Assembly: GCA_039028615.1 (NCBI GenBank)
Contig: JBCCHT010000001.1
Span: forward strand, 576,001 to 640,000
Origin: Myxococcota bacterium
GTDB lineage: Bacteria > Myxococcota_A > Polyangia > Nannocystales > Nannocystaceae
Direction: 5' to 3'
DNA length: 64,000 nt
The translations under genes and the position numbers were made by a program. The stretch's first letter is position 1; each line of letters opens with the position of its first letter. Of the stretch, positions 1 to 7,736 are shown piece after piece. A model generated the notes under the pieces. That model was not told the origin of the DNA. It did not search any database and saw only the letters and a program-made list of their open reading frames with translations.

Positions 1-782
1 TCGCGATCGAGGAACGCGGTACGCCGCGGCAAGGCAGCGCCCTGCACCAGGCCGCGCTCCCAGTCGTCACAGACCCGCCGATAGCGAGACGGCGTGCCCA
101 TGTCCTTGAGGTACTCCGAGGTCTCGTAGCCGAAGATCGGCTCTCCGTCCCGATGGGCCCGGGCCAAGATGTCGTGCACCAAGTCGAGCTTGCGACCGGT
201 GGGCAGCGCCCGGGTGAGCGCCGCGTCGACCACGAAGACCCCCGCGGTGACCAGGTTTCGGACTTCGAGCCCGAGGGGATGGGGCTTGGTGTGCAGCGCG
301 ACCAGCCGCCCTCGCGGGTCGAGCTCCACCAGGTCGCTGTCGTGGGGGTGATCGTTGGGGTGCACGACCGCGGTCACCCGAGCCTCGTGTCGCCGATGCG
401 CCTGCACCAAGGCGCGCAGGTCCATCTCGAACACCACGTCACCGAACGCCACCACCCGCGGGCCGTGACCGGGGACCAGCGAGAGGCAGCCTCCCGACCC
501 CAGCGGCTGCGACTCGACGACGACCTCGACTCGGCAACGCTCGTCCGACCACCCGCGGGCCTGGACCTCGATCACCTCGGATCGGTGCCCGGCCAGGATC
601 ACGACCCGACCGATACCCGCTCGCCGAAACTGCTCGATCTGACGGGCGATGAGCGGCACGCCGCCGATGGGCAGCATCGGCTTGGGCCGAGCTCGGGCCG
701 CGTCACCCAGGCGAGTCCCCAGGCCTCCGGCCACGATCACCCCGATGGGGGCGTCCTCGAGTGCGTCACGCGTCGTGTTCAT
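1..782 (-). CDS. Bifunctional sugar-phosphate nucleotidyltransferase (HddC-like) fused to GmhB-type HAD phosphatase; 3' partial, runs off the window
   Basis: Not in the ORF track; read by hand from ATG at 782: MNTTRDALEDAPIGVIVAGGLGTRLGDAARARPKPMLPIGG (NTP-transferase motif), EPLGSGG-like, HPNDHPHDSDLV, YLKDMGTP, then AFLDRD at the window edge (start of the FLDRDG HAD motif of GmhB). GAGGA RBS upstream. Confidence 0.85.
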   Translation of the reverse strand, partial: MNTTRDALEDAPIGVIVAGGLGTRLGDAARARPKPMLPIGGVPLIARQIEQFRRAGIGRVVILAGHRSEVIEVQARGWSDERCRVEVVVESQPLGSGGCLSLVPGHGPRVVAFGDVVFEMDLRALVQAHRRHEARVTAVVHPNDHPHDSDLVELDPRGRLVALHTKPHPLGLEVRNLVTAGVFVVDAALTRALPTGRKLDLVHDILARAHRDGEPIFGYETSEYLKDMGTPSRYRRVCDDWERGLVQGAALPRRTAFLDR

Positions 783-791
783 GGCGAGTCC

Positions 792-2471
792 TCAGGCGAC
801 GGCGAAGACCTGCGCTTGGTACAGGCCGGGCTCCGCGTTCTCGTCGCGTAGCGCCATCAAGGCGTCTTCGATGGGGTCTCGGGTGTGCTCGATGAGCAGC
901 AGCATCGCCTTGGCGACATCGGCCGGCGGCGTCTCGTGGGGCACGGCGACCCGCAGGCGACCGCGCCCGCGGCTCCATTGCGGCTGCCAGTCGACATAGA
1001 CCCCGCCGAGAAGCTCGCGCACGGGCTCGACCAACGTGGCGATCGTGGTCCGCAGCGGCCGAACCGCCTCGCTCTCGATGTGGATCTCGAGCGTGAAGAT
1101 GGGCTCGGTGTCACCGTAGTCGAGCAGCTCGTAGTGCAGGGCCTGGGGCCACGTGGCGGGCTTGATGTGACGGAAGTGGTGCCGGAATCCCCGAGGGGCG
1201 AGCTCAGCGGGGGCCTGGGCCGCATACGCCTCGAGCACCGCGGCGAACTCCGGCCGCATCGTCGTGGCCTCGGCCGAGGTGAACGCGTGCAACGAAGCCG
1301 GCTCCACCGTCTCCGTCGGCCCCAGCTTTCGACCGTCGAAATCGATGCAGAACTCGGCCCGCTGCTGCGCCGAGGGCATCCACGCCTGTGGGTACGCGGC
1401 CAGCAATCCGGGCAGCAGCGTCAGCGCCCGACGGTAGTGCCCGTAGAACAAGAACTGCTCGGCGAAGGGGCTGCGGGGCAGCCAAGCCGGCATCGCGCGG
1501 TTGATCGCGTTGGCGATGCGCACCATGGCGTTGCGGTGCAACGGCGAGATTTCGTAGCCCATGCCGCCTGCGAATGCGGCGAGCTCGATGTAGTGCCCGG
1601 CCAGGAACACGTGATCCTCGAAGCGATCCGCCACCGCCAGCGTGTCACGCAGCTCCTTGACCAAGCCGCCGGGCGCGACGTCCCGCTCCACCGTGGACCC
1701 GTCCAGGCGATCGAGCACCAGCGCCAGCAGCAGCATCAGGTCGAGCTGCCCGTCGAGGAAGGCCTGCGCCTGCGCCCGGTGGCGCTTCAGCTGCGGAATC
1801 ATGGCCGCCGCCGCGCAGATCCCCTCGGTGAGGTGGACCTTGCGACACACGCGGAAGTGACCGTGGTGATGGCCATCGATGGCCAAGTCCATGATCCCGG
1901 AGACGTCCATGCTGCGACCGGCGAGTTCGAAGCGGGTGTCCGGCTCGACTCCGAGGTGCGCGAGGGCGAAGAGCATGTGCCCCATCTCCGCGCCGTCGTC
2001 GGTCTGAATGGTGCGGCTGCGATCGTAGAGCTGTCGCAGGGTGCACCCGAGCCCGGGAATCTCGTGGTCGAACCCGATCCCCGCCATCGCGGCGTAGGCC
2101 AGGGTCTGGAACGGGTGAAAGTCACCGTCGCGATCGAACTGAACGAGGTAGGGCTCCCCCACCCGCTCGGCCCGGCAGTAGCTGACGAGGCCTTCGGTCA
2201 GCCGATGCCCCCCGACGACCGCGTCTCCCCAGCCGTTGAGGAGGTGGCAGTAGTGCGAGAGCATCGCGCCGTCCATGATCTCGCCCAGTCGTCGCTGCAT
2301 CGCGTCGACCACCAGCGCGTCGGCCTTGGCCGCGGCGGCTTCGTCGAGCGCGGGGGACTCGGCTTCGAGCTGGTCGTAGAAATCCGAGACGGCGTCGGCC
2401 TCGGCGTCGCTCAGCTCGACGGGCCACCACTCCAGGGCGTCGTGATCGTGCTCGTGGTTCGATGTACACAT
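792..2471 (-). CDS. Hypothetical 559-aa His-rich protein, possible metalloenzyme
   Basis: Long ORF tightly packed between gmhA and the nucleotidyltransferase. Start moved to MCTSNHEHDHD (ATG 2471, GAGGA RBS). Motifs FHPFQTLA, GHML, CRKVHLTE, AGHYIE, YGHYRRAL. Confidence 0.8.
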   Translation of the reverse strand: MCTSNHEHDHDALEWWPVELSDAEADAVSDFYDQLEAESPALDEAAAAKADALVVDAMQRRLGEIMDGAMLSHYCHLLNGWGDAVVGGHRLTEGLVSYCRAERVGEPYLVQFDRDGDFHPFQTLAYAAMAGIGFDHEIPGLGCTLRQLYDRSRTIQTDDGAEMGHMLFALAHLGVEPDTRFELAGRSMDVSGIMDLAIDGHHHGHFRVCRKVHLTEGICAAAAMIPQLKRHRAQAQAFLDGQLDLMLLLALVLDRLDGSTVERDVAPGGLVKELRDTLAVADRFEDHVFLAGHYIELAAFAGGMGYEISPLHRNAMVRIANAINRAMPAWLPRSPFAEQFLFYGHYRRALTLLPGLLAAYPQAWMPSAQQRAEFCIDFDGRKLGPTETVEPASLHAFTSAEATTMRPEFAAVLEAYAAQAPAELAPRGFRHHFRHIKPATWPQALHYELLDYGDTEPIFTLEIHIESEAVRPLRTTIATLVEPVRELLGGVYVDWQPQWSRGRGRLRVAVPHETPPADVAKAMLLLIEHTRDPIEDALMALRDENAEPGLYQAQVFAVA

Positions 2472-2481
2472 GGCGAGTTCC

Positions 2482-3135
2482 TCACTGGGCGGCGTTGGCC
2501 GGGCCCTGGGCCATCGCGTGGGCAATGGCGTGGCAGACCACGCTATGGGCGTCTTCGACGCTGAGATAGTCGTGTTGGGGGACGTGCACGCAGATGTCGC
2601 AGGCGGCCGCGAGACGACCTCCGTCGAAGCCCACGAGGCCGACGGTTCGGGCCCCGCGGTCCCGAGCGAGCTCGATGGCGCGTACGCAGTTCTCCGAGTT
2701 CCCCGAGGCCGAGATGGCCAGCACCACATCGCGTGGCTCGAGCGCGGTGAGCTGGCCGGCGAACACGTTCTCGTAGCCCGTGTCGTTGGCCAGCGCGGAG
2801 AAGGTGCTCATGTTGCCGTTGAGGCAGTGCGTGCGCAGGACGGGCGGCAGCCGAGCCGTCACCGCGCTCAAGTCGTTGGCCAGGTGCAGCGCGGTCGTGC
2901 TGCTACCCCCGTTGCCGAACAGGTGGGCCGTGCCCCCCCGGCGCCGGGTCTCGTCCAGCGCATGCACCGTGGCGGCGACTCGATCGGTGGGAACCCGAGC
3001 CAGGAGCTCGGCCACGCTTCGCAGGTGATCGTCGATGACCGACTCGAGGTCGAAGGCGTCAATGGTGGCGGCGTAGGGTTCCACGGCAGTTTCGATCGTC
3101 GAAGGAGAGGGAGAGGAAGGAAGGGGTGACGACAC
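2482..3135 (-). CDS. gmhA: Sedoheptulose-7-phosphate isomerase (phosphoheptose isomerase, SIS domain)
   Basis: GNGGS, SALANDxGYENVFxxQL, ISASGNSxN and EDAH...H motifs. Start uncertain (GTG 3135 chosen). Confidence 0.9.
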   Translation of the reverse strand: MSSPLPSSPSPSTIETAVEPYAATIDAFDLESVIDDHLRSVAELLARVPTDRVAATVHALDETRRRGGTAHLFGNGGSSTTALHLANDLSAVTARLPPVLRTHCLNGNMSTFSALANDTGYENVFAGQLTALEPRDVVLAISASGNSENCVRAIELARDRGARTVGLVGFDGGRLAAACDICVHVPQHDYLSVEDAHSVVCHAIAHAMAQGPANAAQ

Positions 3136-3194
3136 GGGCCAGCAAGCCAGCCCGCATCGCCACCGATGCCGCACCGAAGCGCGACGATGGGAGC

Positions 3195-3395
3195 TCAGAA
3201 GGGCAGGCCGGGGAGACCGGGGAGGCGACCGATCGGCTGCACGCCGGGCAGGTCGCAGCCAGTGCAGCCCTGCACGCAGCAGCCGGGAACCGGCACGCCA
3301 CGGGCTCCGCCGGTGGCCGACGCCAGGTCGTCCTTGGACAGAGCCTTGCCGGGGGTGCGATTGCGACGCGAGAGAATGCGCTTGCGGTTCTTCAT
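3195..3395 (-). CDS. Putative RiPP precursor peptide (66 aa; double-glycine leader, Cys-rich core)
   Basis: MKNRKRILSRRNRTPGKALSKDDLASATGG|ARGVPVPGCCVQGCTGCDLPGVQPIGRLPGLPGLPF. GAGGAAA RBS precedes the ATG; first gene of the operon. Confidence 0.7.
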   Translation of the reverse strand: MKNRKRILSRRNRTPGKALSKDDLASATGGARGVPVPGCCVQGCTGCDLPGVQPIGRLPGLPGLPF

Positions 3396-3667
3396 GATGA
3401 TGTTTCCTCGTGGGTGGGCCGCGAGCCTCGTGCTCGCGGCGTGCAACGGGCTAGAGCCCCGAGCTCGGGCTCGGATCATTGGAGCCGGGGGAAAGTCGGC
3501 GCGCATTTCTCACATCCCCCGCCGCACTTTTTCGCGATCCGGTTGCGGTCAGGGGGTTCCCCACTACGTTTCCTGCCGGTTTTTTGGGCCCAGGGGCGGC
3601 ACCTGCTAGCGAACAATTCCCGGGCTCCGTCCCGTGTCCGCGCCCTTTCACGCCCTCGCTCGCCGCC

Positions 3668-5173
3668 GTGCCTCGTTCCACCCAACGCCGCAAGAAGCCG
3701 CGAACCGAGCGGATTGCTCGACCCAAGCGCCCGCGCAAGCCCTCGAAGACCTCCAATCGTCGAGTGCGACCGGGAGGCAAGGGTGAGCGACCGGCCGGGC
3801 GTCGACGCGAGCGCAAAGTCCTGAGCGTCGCGGACCGCAAGGCCCGTAACCGCACCATCTTGTTGATGTCGATCCTCGGCCTCATCAACGCGTACGTGTT
3901 CGTGTGGCAAGGCGATGGCCTGGCCGGGCTCGCGGGGGCTCCCTCGGCCGTCATCGGCAAGGGTGGACCGCTGCCGCCGGTCGCCGATCCCCCCGAGCAA
4001 GCGTGCACGGGTGACGCGGTGCGAATCTTCGAAGGCCTCGAAGACCTGGTCCACCTCGACTCCGCCCTCACCCGCGGCTTCACGCTGCGCCTGGCCCTGC
4101 TCCAGATGGGCATCGAGGGCACCGAGATCGACCACATCGAGGCCAGCGTGCGACCCCACGTCGACCTGAGCCTGCTGGGCGGCAGCGGGGCTCCGGTCCG
4201 GGTGGCCATGGATCGCCTGGGTGGAGTACGAGCCCTCGAGATCGAGCTCGCCGAGGGTCATGTCCTGCAGGCCTGCCGCGACAGCGACGAGAAAGATGGC
4301 TACGCCGTCCGCAACCTCCAGCACCCGCTGCGCAGCGACGTGGAGGTCATCGCCCTCAAGCTCGGCCGCGATGCGGACCTCGCCTCCGCCATCGAGCGGG
4401 CCGAAGAAAAGCCCGACCTCGCCCGCATGATCGCGACGCAGCTGGCGGCCGAGGTCGACTTCATGACCGAGGCCCGCCCCGACGACGAGATCACGGTGGT
4501 CGTGGAGAAGCGCTGGCTCGGCCGACACTTCCACCGCTACGGGGCTCTGCTCGCGGTGCGCTTCCGCGGCGTCGCGACTCGAGCCGCGCACTACCTCTAC
4601 AAGCCCGAGGGCGCGCCCGCGGGGTACTTCGACGCCCGGGGCAAGCCGGCTCGTCGCGCCTTGCTGCGCAGCCCGGTCGGCCTCCACCACGTCGCCCCCG
4701 AGGCTCGCGGCATGCTCCCGCCTTCGCTGGAGGTCATCGAGGGCCGCATGGGTGCCTCGTATCGGCTCTCCGAGGGCGCCCCGCTGGTCGCGATCGGCGA
4801 GGGCATCGTGGTCGAGCTCGACGAGGACGGAGAACGCGGCCTGTTCATCGACCTCGAGCTCGACGACGGCACGCTCGTCCGCTACGCCCACATGCTCCGG
4901 GTGCTGGGTAGCATCGAGGTCGGCACCAAGCTTCGCCAGGGGCAGATCATCGGGCTCGCCGGTCACTCCGGCCGCACCCCGCACGACCGGCTCCGGCTCG
5001 AGCTGTGGGAAAAGCTCGACGACGACCGCCAGACGGTCGATCCGATGCTTCTGGCCGCCAAGGGCAGCGCCCGGCCTCAGCGGGTCGGGCCCGGCATCCC
5101 GGCCGAGCAACAGGCGCGCTACGAAGAAGACATCGCCCCGCGTAGGCGTGCGCTCCGGGTCGCCCAGCACTGA
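3668..5173 (+). CDS. Membrane-anchored M23/LytM-family protein with degenerate Zn site
   Basis: Basic N-terminus, one TM helix, Csd3/MepM-like middle region, C-terminal GAPLVAIGEG..YAHM..VGTKLRQGQIIGLAGHSG..VDP. Start uncertain. Confidence 0.8.
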   Translation: MPRSTQRRKKPRTERIARPKRPRKPSKTSNRRVRPGGKGERPAGRRRERKVLSVADRKARNRTILLMSILGLINAYVFVWQGDGLAGLAGAPSAVIGKGGPLPPVADPPEQACTGDAVRIFEGLEDLVHLDSALTRGFTLRLALLQMGIEGTEIDHIEASVRPHVDLSLLGGSGAPVRVAMDRLGGVRALEIELAEGHVLQACRDSDEKDGYAVRNLQHPLRSDVEVIALKLGRDADLASAIERAEEKPDLARMIATQLAAEVDFMTEARPDDEITVVVEKRWLGRHFHRYGALLAVRFRGVATRAAHYLYKPEGAPAGYFDARGKPARRALLRSPVGLHHVAPEARGMLPPSLEVIEGRMGASYRLSEGAPLVAIGEGIVVELDEDGERGLFIDLELDDGTLVRYAHMLRVLGSIEVGTKLRQGQIIGLAGHSGRTPHDRLRLELWEKLDDDRQTVDPMLLAAKGSARPQRVGPGIPAEQQARYEEDIAPRRRALRVAQH

Positions 5174-5232
5174 TTCGGCGAAAAAACGCGGTCCTCGTGA
5201 TCCGGCCCTCGACGGGCGGGCACACAAAGATC

Positions 5233-6447
5233 GTGAACGCCAAAACCGTCGCCACTGCAGTCCTGCTCGGCCTCTCGTCGCTCACGACGGGGTGTGACCC
5301 GCTCGAGGAGGAGCTGGGCGAGGCCACCCAAGAGCTGTCGGACAACGATTTCGAGCTCGTGGAGGCCAACTACCCCTACCGGGACGGGGCGCGAACCGTC
5401 TGCGCCGTGCTCGAGGCCGAGCTCGAAGACGGGCCCCAGAGGGTCACCGAGTACTACTACCTCGACCGGATGAACGCCGAGCTCGAGGCCGAGCCGCAGT
5501 GGCAGGCCTTCTCCGGGTTCTCCAACATCGAGACCTGCGACGACGCCCGGGAGTACCAGCAGCTGCGCCTCGAGTACGAGGAGGACATGGTGCCCGTGCG
5601 CACTCCGGTCCGCGACGAGCTGTTCCCCGAGGAGCCCTACACGGGCGTCCCCGTCGATCCCGACCACGGCCCGCGCGACAACGTGCCCCGAGTCGGTGAA
5701 GCCGACGGGTTCTCCAACAACGACGCGGTCGTGCAGATCACCGCCGCGTCCGGGGGCACCTGCAGCGGGACCCTCATCCACCCCCAGGTGGTCATCACCG
5801 CCGCACACTGCGTCGACGACGAGAACCGTAACGTCGGCCTGGTGCGCGAGGAAAACGGCGTCGTGCAGTCTCAGGTGAACCTCAGCGCAACGACCTACTC
5901 CCACCCCTCGTACCTGGGCGCGGGCGACCACGGTGACGACATCGGCCTGGTCGTGTTCGACAACCCCATCCCGGGCGTCGACGCAGGCGCGGACACCATG
6001 CGCGTCATGACCTCCTCGATCAACGATGGCGACCACGCCGTGTTCTACGGGTGGGGTCGAGCCAACCACGCCGGCACCGGCTCGGGCACGCAGCGCTTCG
6101 GCAACGTCACCATCGACTGGGCCAACTCCAAGTACATGCGCGACTCGGTGTGGTCCGGCGATCCGCGAATGTGCCGAGGCGACTCGGGAGGCACCATTCG
6201 GCTCAACCGCGGCGCCAACAACCTGAGCCACGACCTCGTCGGCGGTGCAGCATCCGAGTACCTGTACGGCAGCTCGAGCTGCCCCTACCCCGGCGGACGT
6301 CAGTGGTGGGCCGCGACCGGCCACAAGATCTCGTGGATCGAAGGCCGCATGCTCGCCGAGGGCATCGACATCACCACCGACGACGGCAACAGCACCGCCT
6401 GCCACCGCTTCTCGCAGTCGGGCCGCAGCTACATGCGCTGCTGGTAG
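5233..6447 (+). CDS. S1 (trypsin-like) serine protease, lipoprotein
   Basis: CSGTLI..VITAAHC, DDIGL and GDSGG triad motifs; lipobox-like LTTGC. Confidence 0.9.
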   Translation: MNAKTVATAVLLGLSSLTTGCDPLEEELGEATQELSDNDFELVEANYPYRDGARTVCAVLEAELEDGPQRVTEYYYLDRMNAELEAEPQWQAFSGFSNIETCDDAREYQQLRLEYEEDMVPVRTPVRDELFPEEPYTGVPVDPDHGPRDNVPRVGEADGFSNNDAVVQITAASGGTCSGTLIHPQVVITAAHCVDDENRNVGLVREENGVVQSQVNLSATTYSHPSYLGAGDHGDDIGLVVFDNPIPGVDAGADTMRVMTSSINDGDHAVFYGWGRANHAGTGSGTQRFGNVTIDWANSKYMRDSVWSGDPRMCRGDSGGTIRLNRGANNLSHDLVGGAASEYLYGSSSCPYPGGRQWWAATGHKISWIEGRMLAEGIDITTDDGNSTACHRFSQSGRSYMRCW

Positions 6448-6463
6448 CGCGCCCGCGCCGGGC

Positions 6464-7567
6464 TCACCGACAGGGGTCGGTGGGCCCGTTGTCGGCGTCC
6501 GTGCCGACGCGACGATTCACCCAGTCGAGCATGCTCCGATAGACCTCCGGCGCCTGGAGCTGGAGGTTGAGCACGTGCCCGGCATTGGCGACCACCTCGG
6601 TCTCGATGCAGGCCTCGGGCGCGAAGCGCTCCGCCTCGTTGGCCACCACCGCGGCCGTGTCGGTGCAGTCGAGCGTCTCGCCCTGCAGGCTGGTGCCGCA
6701 GCCGATGAAGTCCTGGTCGCCCACGATCTCGAACACGGGCACCTTCAGCTGGTCGGCACCTTCGTTGTAGTAGTTGATGATGCCGAAGACCTCGGTCAGC
6801 GAGACCGTCTCCCGCGTGTCGTAGTCGAGCTCGATGACCTCGGCCTCCGCCTGCTCGACCACGTAGAACGCCTCACGCGCCGCTCGACTCGAAGACAGGT
6901 AGCCCTCGCCCACGTCCCGGTCGTCGAAGCGCGAGTCCTCTTCCGCCGGGACCTGGTCGTCGGCGCTCGCCCGCACGTAGTCGCCGTTGACGTGGTGGAC
7001 GAAGCCGGTCAGCACGATGGCGTCGGTGTCCTCGGGGTACTCGATGCCGTGGGCCATGCTGATGACCGACCCCATCGAGTGCCCCACCGTGACCACCGAG
7101 CCGATCGGCTCCTCACGGGCCGCGGACTCGGCGTGCAAGAACTCGATGACCTGGTGCAGCACCCAGGCGTCCGCCTCGATGGTCAGCGCGTCGGCGGGCG
7201 GATAGTCGCTGGTCCCCACCCCCAGTCGCGCGAAGTTGAACACCGCGTAGCCCTCGGCCTGCGCCGCCTCGACGTAGGAGTAGACCTCGGGGCGATAGGT
7301 GAAATCCCAGTAGATGGGGCCGTAGCCTGCGCCGTGGCTGAGCACCTGCGTGGTGCGACCGGTGAGGTCGCCCGTCCAGCACAGCGTGCCTTGCACCTGA
7401 TACTCCGCCTCGGCCTCCGCGCTCAGACTCACGGGAATCGAGTACGCCTCGCAGTGTTCGATATTGGCCTCCGAACCCGTGTCGTCGGCAGAGCCGACCT
7501 CACATCCCAGACCGATCAACAGGCCGACCTGGCAGGTCATGATTCCCAGTAGCTCGAGACGGCGCAT
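6464..7567 (-). CDS. Alpha/beta hydrolase, lipoprotein
   Basis: GHSMG nucleophile elbow, GDQD acid and AGHVLN histidine; GLGC lipobox. Confidence 0.85.
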   Translation of the reverse strand: MRRLELLGIMTCQVGLLIGLGCEVGSADDTGSEANIEHCEAYSIPVSLSAEAEAEYQVQGTLCWTGDLTGRTTQVLSHGAGYGPIYWDFTYRPEVYSYVEAAQAEGYAVFNFARLGVGTSDYPPADALTIEADAWVLHQVIEFLHAESAAREEPIGSVVTVGHSMGSVISMAHGIEYPEDTDAIVLTGFVHHVNGDYVRASADDQVPAEEDSRFDDRDVGEGYLSSSRAAREAFYVVEQAEAEVIELDYDTRETVSLTEVFGIINYYNEGADQLKVPVFEIVGDQDFIGCGTSLQGETLDCTDTAAVVANEAERFAPEACIETEVVANAGHVLNLQLQAPEVYRSMLDWVNRRVGTDADNGPTDPCR

Positions 7568-7736
7568 CGGTGGCGGAACCTACCAGCACTCCGGGGAGCT
7601 GCCAGTCCCCGGCGGCTAGCCGTCGACACACGGCGGTTTTCAACGAGCTATTGAACCCGGTCGCGACAAAGTGGAGCAAGCTCTCGAACGGCTCGCCTCG
7701 ACGCGCCGCCGATCGGCCTTCACCTTTCGGCCCACC

